A DNA stretch of 64,000 nt from the NCBI GenBank assembly GCA_001938485.1, contig MQRK01231162.1, forward strand, positions 1 to 64,000. The letters are read 5' to 3'. This document shows, piece by piece, positions 1-13,784 of the stretch. This stretch comes from Girardia tigrina. Lineage: Eukaryota. The stretch's first letter is position 1; each line of letters starts with the position of its first letter. The notes under the pieces were generated by a model. That model saw nothing but the letters and a program-made list of their open reading frames with translations, was not told the DNA's origin and did not search any database. A program made the translations under genes and the position numbers.

Positions 1-506
1 GAAATGAAATGCATTAACGGCTTGAGAGATTTTGTTGATGATAAAAACAATGTTCCCGAAACACTTCAACCATTTTTCAGGGCAATTTCAACATTGCCCT
101 GTTCAACAGCTGAATGTGAACGAGGTTTCAGCCTGATGAATGATATAATAACAAACTTGCGGACTTCTTTGCTAATATCAAATGTTTCGAACTTAATGTT
201 CATAAATTCAAATGGACCACCAATCGAAATGTTTCAGCCGNNNNNNNNNNNNNNNNNNNNNNNNNNNNNNNNNNNNNNNNNNNNNNNNNNNNNNNNNNNN
301 NNNNNNNNNNNNNNNNNNNNNNNNNNNNNNNNNNNNNNNNNNNNNNNNNNNNNNNNNNNNNNNNNNNNNNNNNNNNNNNNNTAATATTTTACGTCTTTTT
401 TTCAAATAAAAATATAATTAAAAATAACCTTGTTTATTTTTACCAAAAATTTATATTCTCAAGCGTATACCGTATACCCTATGCTAATTTTACGACTACA
501 GCACTG
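1..506 (+). mobile_element. hAT DNA transposon 3' end (C-terminal dimerisation domain of the transposase plus terminus)
   Basis: ORF 4-240 contains TLPCSTAECERGFSLMN...R..L, the hAT dimerisation motif. Element appears to end at ...ctacagcactg (CAGTG-type terminus) at 506. Gap 241-381. Confidence 0.75.
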
Positions 507-680
507 ATTACATTACATTCTTAGTTAATAACTTTTTATATTTTGATTTTTCACCCAGTGTTCATTTTCTCTGTTTTATATATAAAAATTCGAAAACCGG
601 TTTTAACCGGTTTTGTGTAAAAGTAAAACCAGAAACCAGTTTTTTCAAAAGTCGATTTTTGTATAAACCCTAGGCAACAT

Positions 681-1208
681 ATGTTATCTGAACTCAACGA
701 TCCAATATTTACGGACGATTCCCGAATTATGAATCACGCCATCAAATCCGTTTCTTCAAGTCTCAGCGAGCAGCACGATCCTTATTCGCGATTCGTGTCG
801 AATCTCGGCCGATTCATCGCGAGTATGGACACTTCGGATGTGCCAAATCAACCGTTGATGCTTGTCAAGTCTCTGTACGATATGTGTTCGCAATTCGCTG
901 CCACAACACCGATCGCATCGATCAATAAAGTCGACGGAGAATCAACAGTGTTGATGCAACAGGACGCCAACGATTGTTTGGCGGAAATCGTTCGAACGCT
1001 TCAAAAAACTCTCCGAATTCCATCGATACTCAATTCATCTCTGAATAAGGATTATCCGAAATCATTTGGTCGAAATCGAAATTTGAATTTTATCGATCAA
1101 TTTCTCACTCAATGATTGTCGGTCACGACGGCAAACACCGAGAACGAATCGGAAAGTGTGATAACGGAAGATCCGTTTCTCCAGTTAAGTTGTTATATCA
1201 ACAAAGAC
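681..1208 (+). pseudogene. USP14: USP14/Ubp6-like deubiquitinase fragment (internal catalytic-domain segment)
   Basis: QFA...MQQDANDC...LQK...FIDQF...[10 protein letters not shown] matches USP14 QFAE..LQQDANECW..LIDQFF..LQLSCFINQE. ORFs 681 and 1116 share a frame, separated by one TGA (1113-1115). No Cys box or His box. Confidence 0.8.
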
Positions 1209-1510
1209 GCGGGCACTCTCACGCTGATCGACACGGGAATCATTATGACGAAAGACGAGGTCATAAACAATCTTGGAACGATCGCCCAATCAGAAAGCAA
1301 GGCATTTATGGAGGCGCCGCAGGCCGTTGCAGATATCGCGATGATCGATCAATTCGGTGTCGGGTTCTATTCGTCGTATCTGGTTGCCGGCAAAGTCCAG
1401 ATGATCTCGACGGGCAACAACGACGAGCAGTATTTGTGGGAGTCGTCTGCGGGTGGATCGTTTACTGTGAAATCGGACAAAAGCGAACCGATCGGCCGAG
1501 GAACAAAAAA
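1197..1510 (+). pseudogene. HSP90: Cytosolic HSP90 N-terminal ATPase-domain fragment
   Basis: [73 protein letters not shown], unmistakable HSP90 signature with degenerate conserved glycines (GIG>GII, IGQF>IDQF). Confidence 0.95.
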
Positions 1511-1517
1511 TAAGCCC

Positions 1518-2733
1518 GGCACAAAAAATACAACAGAGGGTATTCACACGGATCCAGATAAAATTAAAGCAATTGAAGGATTCCAGAAACCAAACTGCAT
1601 GAAGAATTTGAGAAGTTTTCTGGGAATCAGTAACTAATACAGGCGATTCATAAATGGTTACTCCAGAAGGGTTATGTGGATCGAATAAAGATAAAATAGT
1701 ATGGACGGACTCATGTGAACAAGCTTTTACGATATGAAGAAATCCCTCATAACAGCCCCAATTTTAGCATTTCCAAACTCCAACAAAGAGTTTATTTTGG
1801 ATACGGATGCCAGTTTTGATTGCATAGGAGCAGTATTGTTACAAGTTGGCGAATTCGGAAGGAACATGTAACAGCTTATGGCTCGCATTCGATGGGAACT
1901 CATGAGAAAGGATATTGTATAACTAGGAAAGAACTTTTGGCCATTTATTATTTTTGTCAACATTTCAATCATTATTTATATGGGAAAAGATTTAAACTAA
2001 GGACAGATCATAAAGCCATCACTTTTATGTTACATACAAAAAATTACAATAACAGCCCAGTTCCAGACATGGATCAATTATCTCATTATTTTAGATATAG
2101 AGATGCTATACAGAAAAGGTGAATGACATGGAAATGCAGATATGCTGTCTCGAAGCAAATATGACACATGTACCCAGTGTAAAATGCAACATGAAGATGC
2201 AAAATCAGAAGACTTAAAACGAATTTTTTCAATCACAGAAGGTACAAGAATTAATGATAAAACAATGTATTCAATTAGTCTTCCCTAGTCCGTACCTTCA
2301 TAACACCAATGGTATGGTGGAAAGACAATTTCGAACGATACGAGAGTATATTCAAGCAAGTTTAAAAGAAAGAAAAGAGACGAGTTTGGCAGATATGCTC
2401 CCAGAGGTGGAATTCACATTAAATGCAACACACCAGAAATCAATTGGAAGAAGTCCGACTGAAGTTATTTTAAATAGAAAAATAGATAGGCTGAAGTGGT
2501 ATAGCAATAAAATGAACACGTCAGACGAAAACAACAAGTATCCAGGCGGAAAAAAACACAGCGAAATTTCAATATGGGAGAGATCAAGTGTGAGTAAAAA
2601 AATAGATCAGAAATAAAGATGATACACCATCATAGAAAAAATTCATGAGAGGAGTTATAACCTTGAGGATAAAGAGAAAAGACAAATAGTAAGAAATGTC
2701 GAAAAGTTCAAAAATTTTAAAGAAAAGGGGGAA
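1518..2733 (+). mobile_element. Ty3/gypsy pol remnant (RT C-terminus, RNase H, partial integrase) ending in polypurine tract
   Basis: [19 protein letters not shown]; ILDTDASFDCIGAVL; ELLAIYYFCQHF..RTDHKA; NGMVERQFRTI. Stops, frameshifts and an integrase deletion. PPT aaagaaaagggggaa at 2719-2733. Confidence 0.9.
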
Positions 2734-3207
2734 TGTTAGGAATTAAAAATGTTAGGAAAATTTTTGAAAGAAGTTTAAATTAAATATGTACAAATTAAAA
2801 TTTTTATATAATTAAATGTAACGTTTAAAAAAATAAATTACTAAAATAAATATCTAATTAAATTGTTAATAATTAAAAAAATTTTGAGTTTGAAATATAA
2901 AAATGAAAAAGCATAATTTTTATGTGTACCGATTTTTAAAAATTAATAAAATTAAACGTAACGATTAAATATTTTAAAATTTTATCGTAATTTAAAATTA
3001 ATTTATAAAATTAATATAAAAAAATCAAATATGAATATTTATAAGTATTTGTATTTATATCGGTTTAAGATTTATAAAACAAATTGTTTCTGAAAAAAAT
3101 TTGTTTAAATATTAGATTTAAACATTTTTTTGTGTCGTATAATGAAGTTTGGATGTCTGAAGTAAATCTTAATAATTATTCCGAGGATGTTCCAAGAACC
3201 TCTAATA
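2734..3207 (+). repeat. Probable 3' LTR of the gypsy remnant
   Basis: TGTTAG begins directly after the PPT; candidate end ctaata (decayed CTAACA) at 3202-3207. Right boundary uncertain. Confidence 0.5.
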
Positions 3208-5577
3208 ATGTCAACATTTGAGATGTTTTTATTTGTTATAATTTTGCTTTATTAAGATGATTTCTGTGGTTACATTTGTGATATGGAGTACAAGTTGAAA
3301 TAACACGTCCAGTGTAAAAGTAAACATCCATCATTTCAAATAATAAAAAGATAAGGTAGATGTGATCATCGTATTCACACAGCCTAGCCAAACGATCATT
3401 CAAATGATAAATGAAAACAAATAAGTCTATATAAAATATATCTTTATTTTTAAAAATGTCTACGTAAAACCATGAAGACAATTATACATCAAAATAAAAA
3501 TTAAACTACTATGCTCGCCGAAGTATGAATCCATTTAACAGACAAATATTCCAAAACCACATCTCTAATTCAATAACACTTCAAAAATCACTATAAATTT
3601 GAAGTAGAAAACTAAATCTTTAAATTCGAGCAGCCTTATCGATTTCAACATTTAAAAAACAACATTTAATGACAAATTACATTTATTTATTACATATAAT
3701 GTGAATTCATATCAAATAAAATGAAAAGCAGATAAAAGTTCTATATCATTAAAACAAACAATTTGAAAAATTTATAGTTATCTATAGACATTTCGTAGAA
3801 AACAATTACAAAGCATGTGTAACGCTGTATCACTGAAAATGGTAAAAATGAGTAACATCAAACTCAGATTTGAAAAAGTTATTTACAAAAGGGCTTTTTT
3901 TAAAACCGGGTTCAAATAATAATAATTAACGATAACAATAATAATAAGGATGTGTCCTAATAAAAAAGAAGTGAAACATTTTTCATTCGAATAAGCACTT
4001 GTTTAAAAGCTGTTCGGTCAACATTCCATATTGCACGCGATAAAATTATGAGATAGCAATCGAAAACATTCAAATAAACGATTCGTAAAACGCATATGAA
4101 AGCCAATTTTTTTTTAATGTCTTTTTCAATATTTTCTTTGAGACATCAATGTACAAATTTTAGCTGCTTTGAAAAAATAATGTAACAAATAATGAATGTG
4201 AAAAATGCCCTGACAAATAACAATGGGATTAAGGATGACGAATGGGACTAAAATGTGCGCCCAAATACAAAAATAAATTGTGCAAATACTCAATGATGAC
4301 ATGGCAAAGATACAATACACATTGTTTCCAACATTTTATCGGAAATTTTATCGTTTTACATATCATAGACACATATCTTTTGTTTTGTAGCAATCGTAAT
4401 AAATAATAATATTAATAACCGAATAAAAATGTAATTATGACACAAATGGTAAAAATGTTTGTTATCATTCGTCATTCATTACAGAAATAACTTTATGAAC
4501 AAAATGATATTTTCTGGAAAACTTAGATTCTCTCGGAAAACTTCAAGAACCAGCAAAATGTTTTCATTTCCATCTTTTGGCATTTCTAAATTTTATTTTC
4601 AATTTCTTGACTGAAAATAATATATTTTAAAAACCATGTCGATACTCATTTATATTATATCAATAAAATCTGAAAACGTAATATAATTAAATTAATTAAA
4701 GGGTCTAATTATACTTTAGTCAAACTAAACAAATTTGCAAAATCCTCTTTTAAAATCATTCCTTTAGATAGAAATAATAATTAACTTGAAATAAGAATAT
4801 TGTATTTCTTATCTATAAATAGATAAAAAGATAAAAGAAATCTAAGAGGAAATGAAAAATCCATAGCTCTTCTACAATTATAAGAATAAAGTACTCTACA
4901 TTACTTTTATCACAAATGAGAAAATAGTTGCTAAAATGTATCTTGCATCGCTTTGTGAGAAAATGAAGATTGTTTATATTTTAGAACATTATTAATTATT
5001 TATCTCTATAGTCATTAGTGTTACTTTCGAATTGTAATAAATTCAAGTCTTTAATAATTTAAATTTAATCATATGGATGTAGGAACAATGGGTATACTGA
5101 TCTTGGACTGGTTTTATTTTATGATTAGAATTTTATTTTTATTTTATTTCCTTTTTTAACCTTTATACATCATTTAACACCGGTATAGAATATATCATTA
5201 ATAAGTAAAATAAAATTTGATCATATTTAATTAATGTTGTATTTACTGAGGCTCGATAAAATTTGATCAACCGACATGCGTCTCTCATTGACGTCTCTCA
5301 AAGGGTCAAAATAATTAATTAAATCAACTTAACCCAGGGGCGGATCTAGACTATGATTCCACGGGGTTCTGATTTAAACGAAAATAGAAATCGAGAAAAA
5401 AAGCATACTTATACTTTGACATAATAGTTATTACGTGATTCCTTCACCAAAGGGGTTTGTAATTGATATATAATAACTAAAGAATGAATTCTAAAATTTA
5501 TTTTAAAAGAACAAATTCTCGATATTATTTTAAATGATTTAACTTTTTTATACCGAATTATAAATTTAAATTATTAA

Positions 5578-5729
5578 CACTTTGAGTGCAGTGATATTTT
5601 AGTAATTCATTAACATGGCGCGGGTAGCCACGGGAATCAAATAGGGTCATGACGCATATAACGCGTCACTTGGCGCCCTGCTGTAATACTCATATGACGC
5701 AGACGTCTGCGTCAGTCGTACTCAAAGTG
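5578..5729. mobile_element. piggyBac-type MITE (152 bp)
   Basis: TTAA on both sides (5574-5577, 5730-5733); TIR cactttgagt/actcaaagtg; internal palindromes. Confidence 0.75.
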
Positions 5730-8700
5730 TTAAATTCTGTTGTTAGATGTAATATAAAACAATTTAAAATAAAAGATGAGTCGTTAGGTTATCAGGTATT
5801 TGAAAACACATTCTAATACAAGTTTCATTACATCAAAATTTAACCTCACTTGACCACTGTGAGTTGAGTACGATGGTTGGTGATTACATTAAAATAATTC
5901 GTCACTTGGATATCAATGTTTGAGTTGCTCAAATAATTAAAAAGCAAATATTTTTTTGCAAAAGCGTTAATATACCTAATTTAATATCATTAATAAGGGA
6001 AATGATAAATCGTTATGCAAAAACAGGTGATGCGATGTATTTGTGAAAGGTTCAGGATCAGTTATAAGATTAACTAAACTATAAGAAAACAAAACTCAAA
6101 TTAAAAATGCAAATAAATTTTAAATATTAATATTTGATAACTATTATTAATATATCAAGTTTTGTAATCAATAATAATTCTTGCACCAATATTTTTAAAA
6201 TATAAATACAGTTATCTTTAATGAATATTATTACAATAATTCCTTGATGAAAATTTTAAATATATTTGATACATAAAGTCAATAAATTTGCTCTGGTGAT
6301 TTGCTCGATTGTTTATTAAAAAAATTAAGTATTGGAGAACAATTTTTCTACCTATCTATTTCTACTTAATTTTATTCTATTATTTAATTCAACCCCTGAA
6401 ATGGTCACGAATATATTACAAAATAAATACATATTGAATAAGAGGATTTTGAAGAATTTTTACAAAAAACGCTCTATAAATTGAATAAATTACTTTTAAT
6501 GGAAATACATGATCGATCTAAATACGAAAAATAAAAGAAGATTTTAAATACATTACATTAAAATAATATTTTTAAAATAAAAATTATTAATATTTCATAA
6601 CTTAATAATAACAGTTGTAAAATAGTTGTGTGATTTACTGAAAATCTGAAATAAAAGAAACGTACAATAATTAAATGTTTGATATCGACGCTTTATCTTG
6701 ATCTGCATTCTTTAATTCTAGTATTTATTTAGTATAGATGGATCAACGAAGCGTCAGACCGCTACACTACACATTGAACTTTATTTTTATACAGTATTAC
6801 TTATTATTTGATGACAATACAATTATATACTAATATGATTATGTTTATGAATCCAAATTATTAAGTTTACAATTAAAATATTTAAAATATATCAATTTTG
6901 ATAATCATTGTTTAAAAAAATAACTGGAAAATAATTCAAAAATAATTTTATCAGCTCTATTTAATGGAAACCTCATGAATTTATCATATAAAGCGGCTAT
7001 CAGTTTGAGATATCTTAAGACGTAGTTTAGAAAGATTTTTCTTTGTCATAAATTAATAATTGATTCAGTTTAGCAGATTTAAAAACTTTATTACCTTCAT
7101 TTATTTTGTCATAAATAGAAAATAGAACATTTAAGGAAGCAAACTTTTCAGAGTGCAGTCGGATGGTACTTATGTTAAGTCGGAAATAAAACCAAGATTT
7201 ACTTTATATTAAATTACACACTAAATTAAAATTTTAAAATCAATAAATCACTGAAGCCCACAAGTAATTTATGTGATGTAGATCACCGTTAATGTCACTA
7301 AATTGTACTGTACCTATGCAATCAATATACTGAAATCATTGAGACGTTTATGTTGCTGCCTGTATTAAAGTAAATCTATTTCAGGAAAAGAATGACAGAA
7401 AGAAATTATCGCCATCTTTGGTACAGTTACCATTTCGCCTAATATTTGTTATCTCTCTTAGTTGATAAAAGGGGATGCAATTTGTTTTTGCAAATTTGTA
7501 GGTTGATTTTCATTTCATATTTTTTTGGAGGCGCGTGTTTTCAATTATCGTAATACGATATTACAGTTTTAACTTATACTTTGAAATACTAAAATAATAT
7601 TTATTATAATTAGAGTTCAGCTTAAATTTAACTTGAAATTTAATTATTACAGAAATTATAAATTGACAGGCTTATATGAATAAAGTTTTCAACTTAGATT
7701 TAATTAGTCTAATGACTTAAGAATTTCATAACACATTTGTTAGAATGCCTGAACTTCGAAGTTTAACACAAAGTTCGAGTATACAAGTGACCATTTTTCA
7801 ATATAATCTAAATGCATGTCGTAAAATTTCTGGCATAATATTTCTTTTTTACAGAAAAAAATGCTTTAAATCTGAAAAAATAAAGTGTAGCAGTTAGATA
7901 ATATTTGTCAATTTTTAATGAGTGTGTTTTCAGCTCGATGACTTAAATGTGGTTATAAGATCAAACTTAAGTAATACTACTTGACTTAATTTATGCAATA
8001 ATTTGTTTCAATTCTTATTTAAATTTCTGACAATGAGTTAAAATAAGTAACGATGAGATCCAGCTTATATTTCAACAACTTTGGATAAAAATATTATTTG
8101 AACAAATATGGTAAAGCAAGATAATGTAATATAAATCTAATATAAATATAAGTGTATATTTCTTTTAAACAAAACAAAATATAATATAATCAAAACAAGT
8201 TTATTAAGATGAAAAATCTTCTGTGCAGTCCTAAAACAATATTATAATATATTGTAATATAATACTTAATGTAAAACTATAAGATTTATTGTCAACAAAA
8301 TGTTGTCTTAAACAAGGCACTTACGAGGACGTCGTAATTGTGGTGATAAGATAGTTTCATTAACAATATAGACATTGCAAATTATGCATATATGATCGCA
8401 AGAAAATTTATTAACTTTATAGAAAAAACAAATATGATTTCGCTAATTACTTTAATTTAATCACTTCTGAATATCATTGACTTATTTTTGGAAAATTATT
8501 TCATTATTTCCCCATCAATACGTCTAAATAACTTTGGAAATGTTTGGCTTCAATTCACAAATATTCCTGAAATATTTATTTTCAATTTCAACAGTTCTTA
8601 GACAAATCTCGATTCTATTCACACTGCATATTCCAGTAAAATTAGATTTGCTTATTCAAATCTCAAATGGCTGTTCGTGTAAGCATGATTTGTTTTTAAT

Positions 8701-9609
8701 TAACGATTTCACTGTTTTCACAATCAAATTACACTGAAACGTCTTCCGGGGATGCATTTGTCATTGCTGCTTTATACTGACATCTATACTTTAAATTTTT
8801 GAGTCAAGACAATCAGCTAAATCGACAAATTGCTGGTTTTATCATACTTAATAAAATACATTAATAAAATGCTTATTAGATTTCATGTTTGATATGTGTA
8901 TATTTCTTTTAAACAAAACGACTCAAATGTCTTTTAAATCCCTTAATTCGTATTTAAGCAGTTAAAGTGACAAACATATTTAATATTTTATTTCATTTTA
9001 TCACCTTTGAAATGAGAAAGTATTAGTAAATACGAATTTGACGAAGTCTTGATTATTCATTATTTTTAATACCGAATTTTTAATATTTAAACTCAGTTCC
9101 AATATTAGTTCTAAGAAGATTATTAGATTTTTCATTTATTTCAGAAGGACCTTCAAATACTTGCTATCAAAAACAGTAATAAAGAATTTAACATTGTGAC
9201 ACTAAATTCCCTGTTATCACAGAGCATTTGTCCAGAGTGTTTAAACAGTGGTATATCGAATGGCTCATCCGGGATTTATCCTCTGTATTTGTAGATTCTT
9301 TACTAAAGATTCTCGCCATTATTGAAACTAAAATTTAAGGGCAGTTTAAATAGCATCTAAAGGTAATTCTCAGTGAATACATATGAGTAAAATAAATTTC
9401 ACTGAAATATTTACAAGTGAACTTTAATTGAAAAGAGAAAAGTAGAAAAAAATGAAATTCATTTACAGGTAAAGTAAAAAAAAGAACCGAGATACTAATA
9501 TCATTACGAAAAAATGTTATGCTACATCTCATTTTGTACTTTTTCATTTGATTTCCATAATTTATTTTGTATGTTTTATGCATATTAATAATATGCATAA
9601 TAATATCTT

Positions 9610-10215
9610 TTATATTCTGCAGTAGCCGTTCTTTGAATGTGATTGATTCATTCGGATTACTTTCGCTAACTTCGAGAATATCACTTTCAACAATTTCTTT
9701 AGTGTCAATATTTTAATTTTTTGAAACTCATTTAAAATTTGAATAATTGTATTTATTATTTGTGTTTTGCTTGGTATCAATAAATAATCCGAATTAAACA
9801 GATATAATCCATCCAAAAAGTCCCGATTATTTAAAAAATGAAATACATCAGAATATTTTGTTCTCCGTTCCTCTAGCACTTTAATAATTTCATAATGTAA
9901 TTTTCTTGATAATTCATTATTCTTGTTTTTTATTTCATTTAACATACTTTCGATTGAAATATCAACACAAAACAAATCAGTTTCTCTTCTACAAAGGATT
10001 TCAACAGTATCTTTAAAAGGCCCAAGTAAATTTACTAATATCTTCAATAAATTAATCTCCTTAGAACTGTTATTTCCAAATTTGAGTCTATTAAACTTAT
10101 ACAATCTTAAATTATACATGCAAAACATTTTAAAATTTTTTCGGTAATTTACCGTTACCGAAAATCATTATACCGGTAATACCGTTGAAAAAATTTACCG
10201 GTAATTTTCGGTTAC
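9610..10215 (-). mobile_element. hAT-like transposase fragment with subterminal TTACCG repeats
   Basis: LLGPFKDTVEILCRRETDL...LEERRT resembles the hAT insertion domain; ttaccg/cggtaa cluster at 10142-10215. Confidence 0.55.
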
Positions 10216-12519
10216 ATATTATGTCGAACTAGATAAATAACTTACATTATGAACTAATTCCAAGTATAAATGTAAAACACAAATTGAGGATTCCTAGATT
10301 GCTGGGTTGTCTGAGAAGCCAGTGAGGTGTGAAGAGATTTAGAATTATTTTAAAGAACTAGCTCTTAAAAATTTAAACAACCTAAAATTATTATATTTAA
10401 CTTTTTAGTGAAAAAATACTAAACGCAGATTAATTATAATCCTTTAAACATTAATAGTGATCATATTTTTATAAAACAAAAAAAATGATTTAAAAATTAA
10501 ATACATTTTCATCCTTATTTTGATAAAATTGAGTGTTATAAAAGTGAAGGAGTAATTTTCATATTACGGGTAAAATTTCTTATTTTAACACTACATTTTC
10601 AAAAAAAATATTGGTCACTATTTTTTTTGCTTTTCTGAAAGTGAATATGAAAAGTTAGGAATAATAATTCTTTTTATTTCATGGTGATTTCAATTTTTTA
10701 TTTAATTAATTTTTGTTTTTGAGGAAAAAATATTTATTTTTTAAAAAAATTAAATTAAGGTTTGACATTTGTCTTTTTATGAAATTTTTTTCAGTTGTAT
10801 ATATTTTAACATAATTGGGATTTAAGACCATTTGTTGAAAATTATGTGATTTCCATAATTAACTTACAAAAAAATTAAATATTAAATTCAAATATTTTAG
10901 AATATTTTTATGTAAAAATAATATATTTGCTTAGTTATATTTTCAGAAATTTTTGAAATATAATAACTCGTATATAATTGAAATATTTCTTTCTATGTTT
11001 TCTCGAATAATTTATTTCAAGAAATTCCAAATTATTTATTCTTGATTGATTTGTAGCCTAATAAAGTTTGGTAAATTTAATTTTTGATAAAAGTATCCGA
11101 ATATTCCACAAATAATCACATGGGCTAGGATACCGAGGGTGCAAAACTGGGATATTAACCACTTTAAGAACGAAAAATCTGGAAAAATCGGGATAACTCG
11201 GAATTTCCAAGATAAACATTGTATTTAAGTTCATTCAAATTATTTTTGAAAAACTATACATTTAATTCTTTGTTCATGCTATAACATGGGTGTATCCCTT
11301 TATAATTTTATTTTCTTGGATGAAACTAGGATAAAATTTATTAAAAGTATTTGAAATTGAAATTGTTTTACTTTGTTAAAAGTAAAACTATCTAATTAAC
11401 AATGATTTCCAATTAACTCATTAAGTATCCTAGGCTCCAGATGGGGCTCAGCCATTTTTTATTAATTTTTCTGATATTGCATACGAGTTTACAGGAAGTT
11501 TAGTCATTATCTACTAGTAAGCATGTCACCCTATTGTATCACATGTTACCTTTCAACTCCGAGAATTAGATGAGATATTGAGTTATTAGTTTCAAAAAGT
11601 CTCATATGAAATAGTTGGGAAGAAAAAAATCTGGTATTTTATGGGTTAAACCTTTATATTGGATATAGAAAATTAGGGAATACCATGATAGTTGTTTGCA
11701 TTATAAGTAGAATGTGAATCACAATTAATGTGGATCAATATTAGACCAAGACTGTAGGTTATTTACTACTTTATAGTTAATTCGAAATTCGATTCTACAA
11801 TAACCAATTTTGTGCACAAATTTAATAGTCTAAAGTATCGAAACGCGTACATTGAAGAGGTAAACTGTCATCTCAAAAGACGGATTAGTAAACACTCACA
11901 GTCAAGTTAATCAAGTAAGGTGGTGGATCACTACAAATATTGGAAGTATAGAACATCATTCATGTCAAAAAAATGAGTTTTTTATTCTTCAAAACAACTT
12001 TGATTCACAATCAAAATTTTAATTGGCCATTATAATTAATTATTGCATAAAATACAAGACAGTCTCAATATTATATATTTTTATCATCTAATAATATAAT
12101 TTTCATATTTATTTATGAAAATAATTGATGATTGTTTGATTTGACAATAATTATTACGAATCTGTTACCAGTTGTAAAAAATATTTATTTATAAATTGAA
12201 TTAATTACATAACCAAGTTCTTACAGTAACTTCCTTGGTTGGAATAAAGTATTCATGATGAAGTAGAAATTTTACTTAAACAGAAGCAAAATTTCTCTTC
12301 TAATTTTTGTTCTTTAAACGGGTTTGAAATAATATGCATTGAACTTTAAAATGTGAACCATTCAAGTTTTGTATAGATATATTGGTGCTTCTCAGGAAAT
12401 AATAGTCGTGATCACTCATAGAAGAATTAACCCAAAAAACTTCAAATATAAAATATTCGACAAGAAATTGCTATATATAAAATGTAGTACCAATACTTTA
12501 TCAGTCACATCCAATACAC

Positions 12520-13208
12520 AAGGGGTGGGCACACTTAAACGTATGATTGACTAAAATTTTTATTACTTAACTGCGATCGACTAAAATTTTTAATATTTAA
12601 CTGCGATCGACTCTTTCAGAAATGAGAAAACACAGTATGTTTATTAATTTTATTATAAAATTACATAATTATTATACAAGATAAGTGTAATTAATTTTTG
12701 GATGTAGACCCTTGGCATTCCATTTCATCGGCAACAAAGTTGCAAATCTTTAATCGCATTAAGAATTTTGTTTTTATTTTTAAAGTTGTTAAATAATTTT
12801 TCACTGCTCTCAAGGAAAGTTTCCATCACGATAAGACTTTTCATGTTTTCCCAAAACTTAGGAGATCATGTAGAATGCTTCAGTGGCTAACTTAGATTGT
12901 TGCGAAGACTTTTGAAGTATAAAGTGTTGTGCGGTTAATTTTAATGAATCAACACCAAATTTTTGAATATTCAAACAAAATCCAATCATTCCATTTTAAT
13001 TACCATTAATTTAAACTTTAAATATATTTTAATTTAACGTTAAATTTTGAGTCTTAATTTAGAATCTTAATGAACATTTGTGTATTTATATTTTATTTTT
13101 ACGATTCTTTTTTACTCAAGTAAATATATTGTTAAATATTTTAAATTTATCTGAAACAACGTCTGTGATCTATCAAGCAGCTCGCAATCGACCGTTTGCC
13201 CACCACTG
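12520..13208 (-). mobile_element. Non-autonomous hAT (Charlie/Buster-like) element
   Basis: TIRs aaggggtgggca / tgcccaccactg; 8-bp TSD caatacac / caatacgc; internal remnant resembling the transposase C-terminus (..EMECQGS). Confidence 0.7.
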
Positions 13209-13601
13209 CAATACGCGCTTAATATATAAAATTAAAAGAATTCGCTTTCCATAATTATATTTAGACTATAATCTCTTATATAATTAAATGGGTTATAGTA
13301 ACACTATCATATTTATTCATGAATACACTGTTGAGTGATGACAAAATTGAATAAAATCAACAAAATTTCTGGTTTCCTTTTCTACAATTGTTTTCAGGGA
13401 TAGTGAACAAATGAACTTAAAAACGAAAAATAAGCGAGAATTTTGCAAAATTAATTTTTACATAATCTGCTATATTATCTTTTATAAACTCAAATAGGAT
13501 TAGTTTAAAAATTACGTTTTCAGAATCTTTACATATAATAATGATTATATCTATTGATTTTTACTTAGAATTATTAAAACTGTAATTACACTTCAAAAAA
13601 T

Positions 13602-13784
13602 TTACTTTGCTATGTCTTCTGGAATCGTGGCTAACGAAGTTGCAGCGGCTCCATACATATGAGATAGAGTGCGTTTACTAATAGTCCAAACAAGAGAATT
13701 ACGGCTGCATGGTTGTCGACAATAACTACTTTCATAGAGTTGTGCTATCAATTCAGCAGTGGTCATAACTACTTTTATATCAAT
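13602..13784 (-). CDS. CCNG: Cyclin G coding exon 5
   Basis: Follows a 45-nt intron that removes the in-frame TAA; ends LATIPEDIAK-stop. Confidence 0.88.
   Translation of the reverse strand: MDIKVVMTTAELIAQLYESSYCRQPCSRNSLVWTISKRTLSHMYGAAATSLATIPEDIAK

Noticed and set aside
1112-1547. Overlapping ORFs 1112-1513 (+) and 1290-1547 (-)
   Set aside because: Shadow frames of the GC-richer USP14/HSP90 sequence; no recognisable motifs.
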